A stretch of 48,789 bases of DNA, filler included, from Sphacelaria rigidula (GCA_964200075.2; 3 parts of 3 records of this genome joined end to end with filler, not necessarily neighbours in it); one strand, 5' to 3'. Shown: positions 12,401-23,465, counted from the first letter of the whole stretch. The notes: generated by a model not told the origin, from the letters alone. Program-made: numbers and translations.

Positions 12401-15400
12401 AGTGCCGATTTGCAATTATGAACATAGAGTTGTCATATCTATTGATTGATTGGTTGTTGCACATTAGCTGACCCCCGAGGGGCCTACTTGTACATACTCC
12501 GGCTGTATTTGAACGAAGTGTTGGCCGTACGATGCCATGTTGCTATCTACATTTCGTTCGTGAATATTACATCCACCACCGGTCCTTGTATATGGCACCG
12601 CTCGAGGATGTCCTCACCTCAAACGTTTTTTCACGACCCGGTGCGTTGTTCGACAGTATTAACAGCCGATTTTCAAGATTGAGGATAGAGTTTTCCATCA
12701 AGGATGATAGTTCGGAAAAATAAAAACCTTCATATTTGTGCCAATTCTTTGAAAAATGGTCGCATTCCTTCACCTGCTGGTAGCTATTGATAACTACTGT
12801 AAGCCATACAAAACTGGATTCCGATAACAGAAATATTGGGGTCCTAGGTATAAAACAATTATGGGAATTCAGGTGATCGATTTTAATCACCTAAATTCCT
12901 CAGAATTGCTTTTTCACCTCGGACCCCAACATTTTGGTTACCGGAATCTAGATTTGCATGACGTGCAGTGGCTGTCAATAGCCACCAATAGGTGAAGGAA
13001 TGCAACCACATTTTGAAGAATTGGTGTGGATGCAAAACTTGAATTTTCCGGGTTGTCATCCTCGATGGAAAGCTTCATCCTCAATATTGAAAATCGGCTG
13101 TTATATCCGTAGCTAGAGCGTGAAACAATAGTCCTGCGGGGTCATCGCTGCTGTACTTCATCACCAGCGAATAGCTGTCACGCGTCGATGGAGGATGTAC
13201 GCTGTACTGTATACCTTCCGATGTTGTCCAGATACACCCCCGTTTGCACGCACATACAATTCGAACATGCCTTTCTGCAAATACGCGTACCAAACATAAA
13301 GATATGATTCAACTAGAATACTATAACACAGACGTTGTCGACCTATTCCTCGTTTTACTTAAGCAAAGCCTGAGCGTTACAGCACTCGCAATAGACGAAG
13401 ATGGCATCCCTCGATCTTTCATCACACAGCATGGACTGCAGCCGACGGGTCAGTCGTCACACGATTCTCACAATCGAGGGGACATTCCGCATGCAGAAAA
13501 CTATCAAGGCGACCGGAGAATAGAACGATCTCTGATATGAAGACCTCTAACGATGGAACGAGAATTATCAGCATTGTCCATCCGGTTTTCTGTGTCTCTT
13601 CTTCACCAATCCAGTACACTTCATAGTACCTCACATGTGAGTTCACGTCTTCCGTGTTGCGCCCGCGTGATCGGTGCGCTGCCCATTTTTCACTCATGTC
13701 ACCCCCCCGCGCCCCTCGCCCCGCGGCCGACCTCGAACACCCTCGACACTAAGGTGGTGACGGTGCAGTCAGATCCTGGCGGGTCTGGTGTGGGCAATGT
13801 CTATCGTTTAGGCTGGAAGGAGAACTGCGTGGATGATGACGATGACTTGTGTGAGGTGAGAAGTGATGCTTTCATGGATGATCATCACACACATGCACTC
13901 TACACTCGCACAGATCACTCTCCCTTTATATAGGTATATATACATAGTGTCCGTCGTCAAAACCATTTTTTGTTGTTCCTGAAATTTCACCGACCTCTGA
14001 GGTCAGGAGCATCTCCCCGAGCAAGGTAAAAGTGCGAACTTGAGTTTCTCACAAGCATTACCGATATTTCCGCGCATTCGCTTAATCTCTCGAACTCGTG
14101 GTCACGGACATGGGCTCGTCTTTGCAGTACCGTCGCTGCTATTCCTCACATGAGATGGAGCACTCATTGCTTTATCCGAGACTCCGAAAACAAAGAAGCG
14201 AAACAGCACCAAAAGCAGGAACAGAAGAGAAGCGTCAAGAAAACGGAAGGGGAAACGCCCGCCTCTCGAGCTGGTCGGGGTGTGGTCAAACAAGCACATC
14301 GGATGTGCCGATGAAGCATCAGGCGTTTGCCGACAAGTGGTGTCATTTCCATGCAGTTCCTCACGTTTTGGGGTGTTTGCCGAGACCTTGAAACGGATAT
14401 AGTGGTGGCTTAACACCGCTAGGCTTTCCAGGCGTATCATGTTACCACAACTGGATCCACGGGGAAATAGTAGATGTGCGACAATATATAAATCAAGACG
14501 CCGATTCTTTTCCCTCGGAATCAGCGCTGGTTCCTCGTCTGGCGTATTATCGTCTTTTTCTTTTTTGTTTTCAACTCTAGAGTTCACTTATGAATGTTTT
14601 CCTTATCGTTAACTTCTCCCCTTATCTCAAGTTTCCTTCAGGTAGAGCTTGTGGTTATCTGGCTTCGGTACGTATACCTAGTTTTAACGGCAAAAATCAC
14701 CGTGGATCAGAAAATGCGCGATAATCAGTGAACTGCTCAATCAAACGCCGCTCACAGAGGATATTTTGCCACAGTAGCATTTGATGCCACAAGCTCAACC
14801 ATTCCTCAAACACCCCGGTCAAATAGGAACCGTTGATGACCGCTCGTGGATATGCCGCTAGACTATTCAGAAGTGCTAATGCCAACCTTTTACGATGGTA
14901 AGGTAATCAAACGCACTCGAGATCACCATGCAATACTACCCCCAACTTAACTTTAACCCTGACCTTGAGCCAATGCACCGATAGCAAGAGGGGAGTAAAG
15001 ATACGAAAAATGCAGCGCGGCGAGTCTCATGAAGTGCACCGTTGGGCATGTTATTGCCGAAATCGCTTTTCAGCGCTCGACGACATGATCATTGCTCCTG
15101 AAAATTTACCATGAGCCGGAAACGTATTCAACAAGCGCCGTTTTCCTCTACCGTTCGGATCCCCCACCCATGCCCCCCACCCTGACCCTGAGTAGGGCAT
15201 AGGAAGTGTTCGTTCCATCCCCTATGGCGCCATTCAAGTCATTCCCTAACATGTTTTCGTCTTCGAACCGCCTTCAGTGTCGTAGATGACGGTGTATAGC
15301 ACCCCCAGGTGATGAACGTAAACCTGTACCAAACCTTGAATGTCCTTTTAAACGAAAAAAGCTCCTCCAAATTTTTCCAGCGGTAAACAACTTTTGATGA

Positions 15401-15696
15401 CCATGTGCCGCCGCCACAGAGTCTTCGACATCACAACTATAAACCGCACTGTCGACGGGGTTATTCACACATTTTTGCCACCACCTAAGGTGGAGTTTTT
15501 TCATCAACAGATAGACACTTCCCAGGTCTTTTGTTGTATGTCAGACCGAGATAGCCTGTTAATCTCAGCATCATCTCACTTGATATCTCTCCCGCCTGTA
15601 ATCTCGTTTTACTGTCAATAATCACCATAGGTTCGCTGGACCCGGAAAATCGAAACGGACGCCACCGGAGTCGTCGTCAAAAACATTCTCGAGGAG
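1782..15696 (+). CDS. Partial multi-exon gene: FG-GAP repeat (integrin-alpha-like beta-propeller) extracellular protein. Exons 1782-1901, 4065-4156, 5298-5550, 6112-6270, 8522-8678, 9411-9565, 11191-11379, 12059-12190, 13754-13855, 15631-15696. 5' and 3' ends not in this contig segment.
   Basis: All 10 exons are flanked by AG/GT with consistent phases, giving 1425 nt (475 codons) with no stop. Five FG-GAP-type blades: DSFGHSVSID..LLIVGAPY, DRYGWQVVAQ..VIVSAPG..GSVHVY, DQFGGSLSV..LVVGGAG..GAVYIF, DRFGESLGL..LAVGCP..GAVYLY, DRFGVSVSL..LIVGSH. Confidence 0.85.
2126..3814. mobile_element. AT-rich TIR element(s) rich in AATATATATT/ATATTG motifs; probably two nested or adjacent copies
   Basis: cacaccctggacaatacaa (2126) and tataccctggacaatacaatatg (2841) are both inverted relative to catattgtattgtcctgggtgtg (ending 3814). 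Confidence 0.65.
4065..4156 (+). CDS. FG-GAP protein exon, start of inserted domain (VQAISCSATDGSFTLDFRGFTSAPIAANAS)
   Basis: cag acceptor 4062-4064, gtgcgt donor at 4157; phase 0 to 2 matches both neighbours. Confidence 0.75.
5298..5550 (+). CDS. FG-GAP protein exon (LFELYTAIRGPFGG...LLNGHVTVEE)
   Basis: aag acceptor after a C-rich tract completes the phase-2 Leu codon; gtaggc donor at 5551; frame open throughout. Confidence 0.7.
6112..6270 (+). CDS. FG-GAP protein exon (VVKGTVNPDG...GAAYVFRR...WYQEAKL...DRYGWQ)
   Basis: cag acceptor, gt donor at 6271; GAAYVF and W-x-Q-x-x-K-L blade motifs. Confidence 0.85.
6578..7390 (-). mobile_element. Intronic 3' fragment of the same LINE family, with a (CTG/TTG)n expansion at about 6810-6850
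   Basis: Collinear with 32669-33360 (ttgcttgc.ttagtcgtttgacca.tgacc...); ORF 6650-7114 reads FRVGDLDPPER...IESRMHIVAECEPY; preceded by G-runs. Confidence 0.85.
8522..8678 (+). CDS. FG-GAP protein exon (VVAQGDAVTNDYVIVSAPGKDAEKGSVHVY...)
   Basis: cag acceptor, gtgagc donor at 8679; SAPG...GSVHVY motif. Confidence 0.85.
9411..9565 (+). CDS. FG-GAP protein exon (DTDQFGGSLSVADETLVVGGAGFNSSAGAVYIF...)
   Basis: cag acceptor, gtaggt donor at 9566; phase 1 to 0. Confidence 0.85.
11191..11379 (+). CDS. FG-GAP protein exon (ARSGDRFGESLGLYGNFLAVGCP...GAVYLYRR...FQ)
   Basis: tag acceptor, gtatgt donor at 11380; 63 codons. Confidence 0.85.
11381..11585 (+). repeat. Compound microsatellite (TATG)n-(TATCTATG)n at the 5' end of an intron
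   Basis: Directly visible; accounts for the three overlapping low-complexity ORFs at 11177-11772. Confidence 0.95.
12059..12190 (+). CDS. FG-GAP protein exon (KLEASNVRPFDRFGVSVSLNEDTLIVGSHQEF...AVQ)
   Basis: tag acceptor, gtatga donor at 12191; 44 codons; absent from the ORF track but the motif is clear. Confidence 0.85.
12660..13103. mobile_element. 444-bp palindromic MITE with TA ends (Tc1/mariner-like)
   Basis: TAacagccgattttcaagattgaggat ... atcctcaatattgaaaatcggctgtTA; arms pair along the whole length around the centre aggtgatcgattttaatcacct (12871-12892). Confidence 0.85.
13754..13855 (+). CDS. FG-GAP protein exon, second inserted domain (VVTVQSDPGGSGVGNVYRLGWKENCVDDDDDLCE)
   Basis: aag acceptor, gtgaga donor; phase 0 to 0. 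Confidence 0.65.
15631..15696 (+). CDS. FG-GAP protein exon (VRWTRKIETDATGVVVKNILEE)
   Basis: tag acceptor, gtatga donor; pattern T..I..DAT...V...LE parallels T..PI..NAS..EL..AI of the first insert. Confidence 0.6.
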
Positions 15697-16126
15697 GTAT
15701 GATATGGAAGTGGGAGGCTGGGGGACGACTATCCATACACCATGGTTTACGTTTCTCTATAGCGGTTTCAGCCGTGAAGAACCGTCAGCATTTCGACTCC
15801 GTAAGTCAGAACTACACAATGTGGAAAGGACGTCGCATCAAAAGCTGGGTAGCTCTGCCCGGCACATATCTTCCTGAACTGAGATGATTGGATACAGTTG
15901 TCAACCTGAGCGAATTCAACGGGTAAGGAGCCCTTCAAGGCCAGTCACTACGTGTAGGGCTGGTGGTCTGTTCAGGGCTAACGCCCCTTCCGTAAACCCG
16001 ATGAAATGTTTCACGCTATGTGTAGGCGGCCGTCCATGGAATGGCTCGACTGTTTTGTTGCTCCACAGGTGAAGTTGATCCGCCCAAGCAATCGCCCCTA
16101 ATTGACGAGGAACGCACAACTCCGAT

Positions 16127-16200
16127 GGGGGGTGTACTCATGATCATGCATGCCATAGTCATCAGACCATAGACCTCGCATCCCTACAAAGCCGGGACGG
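16127..16200 (-). mobile_element. LINE subfamily-2 3' terminal fragment
   Basis: gggggg-tgtactcatgatcatgcatgccatagtcatcagaccatagacctcgcatccct; runs into the contig end. Confidence 0.65.
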
Positions 16201-16300
16201 NNNNNNNNNNNNNNNNNNNNNNNNNNNNNNNNNNNNNNNNNNNNTTAATTAATTAANNNNNNNNNNNNNNNNNNNNNNNNNNNNNNNNNNNNNNNNNNNN
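16201..16300. other. Artificial assembly linker (N run - TTAATTAATTAA - N run)
   Basis: 100-nt block with a six-frame stop palindrome centred in Ns; same design at 32496-32595. Confidence 0.95.
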
Positions 16301-17271
16301 ACTCTAAATGTATAAAAGAGCATGGGCCTGCAAACTTCAAATCCGCCTCTAGGCTGGCCCAGCTCGTAGTCTTCCTGGATCATGCATACTTTTCTTCACT
16401 TGAAATTGATGCCGATTCAACATAATAAGACTAACCTCGCGGTCTAAGGGATAAAGGGTATTATCATCACCATACCCTTTGTTTACACCGTGCTTTTTGA
16501 ATCGGAAGATGGCACGGTCAGACATGCCCTTGAGACCATAGCCTAACGAGATGAAAAAAGAAGGGAGAAGCGTAACAAGCTTCCAAAGGCAGCATGTTGA
16601 TTCTTCGCCTCGCGGGTCTATGGTTACGGCGATTACAACGCTGCTTGGACCGACGGGTCTGAATAAAAATACTCTGACGAACTCGTTCTACTTTACAGGC
16701 GGGTTCTGTGATTCTGCCTGTGCAAGCACGCCACCCGCACACGCATCAGAAGTGCACGGTTATCTCTTTGCCGCGTGACACGCAAGTCTGTTCACGTGTT
16801 TTCACGATGACATGATCTTATATCGGGATAGAATATCCCTTCGATAAGAATGGTTGGTGATCTCTGATGTTTTGGACGTTCCAAACTGCCATAATCATGG
16901 TCATCAACAGGCAAAAAAATTATCAAAGTTCGTCTCTCGAACCGCGGTAGTCCAGAACCTGTGTGTGGGTCTGGCTTTCGATCTGGGCAAAACTGCTTCT
17001 CGGCAGGACTCACACTGATCGTTGTGGGGACAGGCCCCTTTCAAAATGGGATATTTGAGGAGATAATATCTCTTTCGATAAGAACCCGCCTCATTACACA
17101 ATGATCCAACACCGGATGTGGTTACGTGGTTGGGTAAGCGCCCGCAGAAATCATCGAGTGGTTCGAATGGTGAATGGTGCATACAGCGAGTAGCAAAGGT
17201 TCACCCATGCTTGCTTCGCACTCTTCTTGATGACAGGCCTGCGCACAGGACGTAGGTTATTCGGGGCGAAA

Positions 17272-17560
17272 TGTTCGTCAGAACGAACTCCACCACTGAG
17301 CCATTCAGTCGGTGCTGACTGAGTGGCTCAGTTGTGGAGTTCGTCCTGACGAACAAAACAAGTGCTTTTGAGTTCGTGCTCTCGGCGCCTTATCCGGGTC
17401 GCCCCTCGCCAACGCTGCCGAAGTGATCAGGGTGACAGTGGATATTTTGACATTTTTCCACTACAGTAGTAGTGGGAAATATCTTTCCCCGACTATAGGA
17501 ACGAACTCGCACTTCTGTTGTCGTCACAACGAACTCCATTGCTGAGCCACTCAGTCAGCA
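17272..17560. mobile_element. Small TIR element (17313-17560) abutting the end of another copy, forming an 84-bp hairpin (17272-17355)
   Basis: tgctgactgagtggctcag..ggagttcgt / acgaactcc...ctgagccactcagtcagca present in three copies. Confidence 0.7.
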
Positions 17561-18380
17561 TATCTTTTGTTTAGGAAGCGAATAGTTTACCCCCATTGAA
17601 CTAATGCGGCTCAATGGCCAAATGTCCACTTGCGGAGCAATAGGTGGAGAGTTTGAGTCTGCAGACGTTCGTTTGTTGGCGGTATTTGAGATGTGGACAG
17701 TGAGGCTTGCGAGGGGCAGGGAGTTCTGGAGATTACTGATGATGATGTTTCATGCCGGGATGGACCACACGAATATATTTTGTTCAGGAAGCGAACAGGG
17801 TGCCCGTTGAACCAGGGAGCGCTGGTGGCTCAATGGTCATATGTCCGCTTGTGAAACAATCGGTTGAGAGGTCATCCCAAGACGATCGATTGTTGGTGGA
17901 ATTTGAAAAAAATGTGGACGGTAAGGCTTGTTGAGTTTGAAATGTGGACGCTTGTTGATTTTGAAATGTGGACAGTGAGCCTCGTGAGGCTAGCGAGAAG
18001 GAAGAGGCCTCAGAGAGAGAGTACTGATACGTCATGCCGGGACGGGTCACACAACGTATCTTTCGTTCAGGAAGCGAACAGTATATACCTATTGATTAAA
18101 CAAGTGAGCTGACTTGTTCAATGGGTAAACTGTCCGCTTCCTGAACAAAAGGAATGTTGTGTGGTCCGTCCCGGCATGATATAATTATTGTTGAGGGGAT
18201 GAGTTTGACATGTGAACAGTGAGGCTTGCGAAGGGCAAGGGGCCCCGGAGACCACTGATATGTCATGTCGGGACGGACCACACAGCATATCTTTTGTTCA
18301 GGAAGCGAACAGTTTACTCACTGAACTAAGTGAGCGCTCACTCAGTTAAGTGGGTAAACTGTTCGCTTCCTGAATAGGGA
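17560..18380. repeat. Degenerate tandem array (four units, about 210-280 bp) with internal palindromes
   Basis: Core tttgttcaggaagcgaacag at about 17565, 17780, 18062 and 18293; palindromes at 18032-18179 and 18297-18374. Confidence 0.75.
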
Positions 18381-19794
18381 ACATAGTACGAACCTTTCAC
18401 TGGCCTGCCCCCCCTGGTGAATTGAGGCGTATGGGGCTCGTGCGCCATGCATTCATGACACCACCATGCATGTATATGCATAATGTCCGGATCAAAGGAT
18501 ATGGCCTGAACGCATAACATGTCATGGCCTCATAATACAAAAAAATCCATACGATACCTTCACCTCATATCCATATCTGTAGATTCGCATCCGCGATCCA
18601 TTATTTTCCGCCCGAGAAGAATCAAATCTTCAGTTTCTCGCGGATGGCACCAGGAGTTCTCACTTACAGTACATTCCACACCGCTGACCCTGACGGTGCG
18701 TCTATTTCCACTATTGTTCACCTCCTTCTTCGCCTCCACTTGCCGTCAACGAAGATTACTTCACCATGATCAGGACTTCCTTCGTTGCTATAGCTGCGCT
18801 TGCGTTCGTATCCTGTATTCAGGCCGAGACGGTAAGTTCAAGTTCGTTCACAAACATGTATGGTCGACCCAACTCGACACGTGAACCATGTCATCATGTG
18901 CAGCCTGCGGACCGATTGAAGAGAGCTCGAGCTGCAAAAAGTTGTCGACGCCAGAGAAAAGCCTCAGACGCGCAGGATGTTCTCTTGCACTACCGCTGTA
19001 GTGTACATGGTGCACGCTATCTGGGTATGCGTAGGTAGCGTATGGAGAGTCTTCCCGTCTGCTGTGAACGTTCTACTGTTGTTGTCGATACTCTCGTGCA
19101 ACTATACTGTACCTGGGGTTATACGCCCTGTACAGCACCGATTGCATGTACTACAGCATCGCGAGTGTGTCCAAGCTAGTACAGTCGATAAATAATAGCA
19201 GTTGCAGTGATACAGAGCTGCACTGCGACACCGGTCGTGGTGGATATACCTCGCGGACGACTTCTATTCTGCGTGTGCCCAGGATGCTACAATCGATAAA
19301 CACCGTAGCAGTTGCAGTGATACAGAACAACAGTACTGAGATACCGGTCTTGCTCGATGATATGCGTCGGACTCGTGCTAGTTTCCAGCGGTGAATAACA
19401 CCGTCCGGTCGTACGTACCCTGACTGTACTATTATTCGCAGCAGAAGCACCCACCCTAGATGCTGTAAGTACACAGTAGTTACAGCATTAAACGGGCGAA
19501 CGCAAGAGTACCGACTGCACCGACGAGAGTTCTTGATATAGATATACATATCTCAACCCACCACCAGACCCAAACCCGCATCCGTTCCAAAACTCATCTC
19601 CACACAGCCCATTATTTCAGTACCATTTTCTTACCAATTGTAAATGTATTGCGAGATAACTACAGTCTACAGTGCCGTCCAAGAGAGTATCATAATTGTT
19701 GCTTGGCCGCTTGGTGTCAGCATCCCCCACCCTCACTCGGCGTCTCCTACGGTGTGAAGTTTTGGGCCCACGTGGGGGGGAGGGGGACAGGGAG

Positions 19795-20638
19795 GGGGAT
19801 TTCATTGAGGATGAGAAACTGGAGGATCAAAATCTTCGTACCCACACCACATCTTTGAAATATCGTACCATCCCTTCACCTACTGGTAGGTATTGACAAG
19901 TACTGCATGCCATATAAATTGTGATTTCGATAGCCGAAATGTTGGGGCCCTAGTTGAAAAACAAATTTCGGGGAGTGTTGGCGATCCGATCGGATCACCT
20001 AAATTCCTCAAAAAACACGGGATCTTCCAAATTGAGGATGGACCTTTTGGGGGGGATGAGAAACCCGGAGAAATAAAATCTTCGTATCCGCACCAAATCT
20101 TCGAAATGTGGTTCCACTCCTTCACATACTGATAGCTATTGACAACTAACTGCTGCACGCCATGGGAATTTGAATTCTGATCACCGAAACTGTGAGGTCC
20201 TAGGGAAAAAAACAATTTTGGGGAATTCCGGGTGTCCGAGCGGACGCCAAATGTTTCCGAAATTTCTCTCAACTAGGACCCCAACATTTCGATGATCGAT
20301 ATCCAAATCTCTACGCCGTGCAGCAGTTGTCAATATTCATGTTTCGAAGATGAAGTGTGGATATGAATTTCAAATCTCCGGGTTTCTCATCCCCAATACA
20401 AGATCCATCCCCAATTTGTAAGATCCCGTGTGAAAATTGTTTCTTCTTCATCTGCGACCCCAACATTTCGGTTATCGAAATTCAAATTTGTAGGGCGTGT
20501 AGCTGTTGTCAATAGCTACCAGGAGGTGAAGAAATGGAACCATATTTCGAAGATTTAGTGTGGATACAAATATTCAAATCCTCCGGGTTCTCATCTTCGA
20601 TGAAAAGCTAAATTCTCGATTTCGATGACTGGTTGTTC
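19795..20638. mobile_element. Palindromic MITE of the 12660-13103 family with a related palindromic MITE nested at about 20014-20432
   Basis: Outer arms match the 12.7-13.1 kb element. Inner element is bounded by acacgggatctt ... aagatcccgtgt and interrupts aattcctcaaaa|aaaattg. Confidence 0.8.
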
Positions 20639-21127
20639 ATTGCCCAACTAAGAATTCCAGCAATTGTGAAAAATAAGAGAAAGGACGAGCTGAACGAACA
20701 TGTCATAACCGTTGGGCATTCAAAAACCCTGTCCGTTGCACCAGCGTGACTGGCACGCCGAAGGCGACCAGGCCATCAGCGACCGCAAGAAGCTGTTCGA
20801 GAACCTCGTCACCAATGAAGCCCGCAACATCATCCTCTTCATCGCTGATGGAAACGGTGTAAACACCAACTACGGTACCCGTCTGTACCAGGGACAGAAG
20901 GAGGGCGGCTACGGTGACGAGTTCGTCCTTTCCCACGAGAAGTGAGTATATATGGCTGTTTAGATTGCAGTTGGTGGCCGACGTTAGGGAGCTCGCGATT
21001 ATTTTTGTGAAAAACATGGTTCCAGCACCACAGCGCACCATAACTGACTTAGACCACTATGGCCGTTCCTGAGGGCTAGGGTATTCTCCTGGAAACTTTC
21101 ATTTACGGGCAATATACAAGAGAGGGT

Positions 21128-22300
21128 ACACTCCCATGTTCTGGAACAATAAAAGGTACCGCATCTTTCGGTTTGGGGCGCGGCGCTCCGCGCGGGCTGA
21201 ACACCTCGAAAACACGTTCCGGCGCCTCAGTTGCACCCCCAAGGTCCGTGGGCAGTATGCCCGACCATTTTTCTATTTGCATATAGTACTAGGCTTAACC
21301 ACGGCGCGGGAAAGGAGAGCCTGTTAGATTGTCCTTTTACGTCAACAAAACAGGGGGGTACACCCAACTCTCTGCTAAAGACCCATTTAATACCTCTTTT
21401 GTTCACGTATGTACCCTTTTATGTTCAAGTACGTACCCTTTTTAGTGAAGTAGTAACCGCACCGCGGGCTCCGTAGACGATACGCGGAAGAGTCACAACC
21501 ATCCCGATTTTAGTGAAATTACAGCCCGCCAAAAAGCGATTTTTGTGAAGATACATCCCGCCAAAAAGGCCGAAATCAATGACCAAGAACTTGTAGCCCC
21601 CTGCTGGTTGGCCCACAGGCCCACAAGATCCGATTATGCACTCAAGGAGCGAGCACTTGATATATATCTCAAAGATCCTACGGCAAATTGCAGATCCCGC
21701 AACCGTCTGACGCCCCACATGATGACGTCACATGATGCCGTCCGAGCGCGTGTTTGTCGTCAAGACTTTTCACACATACTCGTTGGATCTTTGTGATCTA
21801 GCGTACACAAGCGTTTGCGCCCTGAATGCATCGTCGAATCTTCCGGGTCTGCGGGCCAACCAGCAGGAGGCTGCAAGTTCTTGGTCCTTGGGTTTCGACC
21901 TTTTCGGCGAGATTTAATTTCACAAAAAATGGGTATGGTTGTGACTGTTTCGGCGCATCTTCTGCGGGGCCCGGGGTACGGTCACCACTTTGCAAAGCAG
22001 AGTGTTTGCACTTGAGCATAAAAGGGTACACACGTGAACGAAAGAGGGAATGGAATGAACGTTCAGCAGAGAGGTATACCCGCCTGGTTTGTTGACAAAA
22101 AAGGGTAATCCAATCCAAACGCCCCTCCTTTTTCGCGCCGTAGTAAAGCCTGCTGACAAAAATGGTCGGTCATGCTGCCCAGGCACCTTGAGCGTGGAGC
22201 TGCGGCGGTGAAACGTGCTGTGAGGTGTTCAGCCCGCGTGCAGCGCCGCGCCCCGAACCGAAAGACGTGGTACCCTTTTTTGTTCCCGAAACATGAGGGC
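21128..22300. mobile_element. ~1.17-kb foldback element (arms ~560 bp) in phosphatase intron 2
   Basis: e.g. ctttcggtttggggcgcggcgctccgcgcgggctgaacacctc / gaggtgttcagcccgcgtgcagcgccgcgccccgaaccgaaag, and accaagaacttgtagccccctgctggttggccc / gggccaaccagcaggaggctgcaagttcttggt. Confidence 0.85.
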
Positions 22301-23465
22301 GAACACTTTTCTTTATATCACCCTTACCTACCCAATCCACTCTTCCGTTTTAAATTCAGAAAAAGACAGGGCTGAATAGTTGCGGGCCCATGTCCTGCAT
22401 TCCACACCCCACCACATGCAAGGCTTCGTGGTAGAAGACATGGTAGCAGTAGCGCAAGCGCCCATTATCGTCGTGATGGCCCCTCAGAAGAATAAAAGCG
22501 TACTCACAATGCAGCCTTGCCGTGCGCAGCACCGGGCCTGCTCATGCCCCAAACCGCGTCGATAAACGAGCAGGGGTGATTCTGGGGGTTGCCCACCTTC
22601 CAAATCTCGAAATGGTAACAAACAACGAGATGGGACAAGAGTTGTGCTATTTTCCCAAATATAATCTAGAAATGAGAAGCCTGCCGGGAGAGCGCGAATG
22701 AAAGGGAAAAGTGACTCTGTTTTTCATCATCAAGAATGGTCCTACTCTCGCGCTAGTGATCGATACAGAGTGCATTTCGAAGGACGATGATCCTTACACG
22801 AGTTCAAAGTTGGCAGGTGTGCGCCGCCTGTATGTGTGTCCGATCACCTGTGGACGATGAGCAGAGAAAGGCCGGCGTCATCACGCAAAATACTTTGTTC
22901 GTTAGCGAAAGGGCGTAGGTCAAATGTGCCTCTGGACTGGAACTTTGATTACCACCTCCCCCCCGGTTACCGTTTAGACCGGTCCGGCGAAAACCAGGCG
23001 TGCTCCGTCCCGGCTTCGTAGGGACGAACCATCTATGGGGTAGGCATCAGTTGGCGATGACGCTGAAAAACACACCACTGACTGCGTGAGCTAGGCAACC
23101 AGGTTACCGATTTGTTTGCGCGCGCTTGCGTTTGTTTTTGCGGTAACCATGATGGTGGTCGAGCTAGATCATATTGTGCGGGATTGGAGAATCTCAACTC
23201 CGGGCAAAGGAGATGATCGTACTACGTAGTGTTTATATGGTGAGGCACCCGTGAAGCAGTGCATAAGTCTTAGCTGTCTCTAGAAGTGGCCATACCAGGA
23301 AATAAAGCAACTCATTGGAGGCTGTCATCCAAATGCATGATAATCAGTAGGCTTCGGGCCGAACAAATCTCAGCAGGATTCAGCTCACCCTTCATGCTAC
23401 TCGCCGAGCACACCACGGCGCTTCACCCTTCGCGATTGATTGTGAGCCTGGCCCTGCGAAAATCC

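Noticed and set aside
14028..14590. Possible MITE with short TIRs
   Set aside because: The inverted match (aagtgcgaacttgagtt / aactctagagttcactt) is too short and gapped to support.
16245..16256. TTAATTAATTAA palindrome as a biological site (e.g. piggyBac TTAA target)
   Set aside because: Centred within N runs twice; an assembly spacer.
17560..18380. CRISPR-like array
   Set aside because: Repeats are long, diverged and partly inverted, the intervening sequences are homologous to each other, the context is eukaryotic and there are no cas genes.
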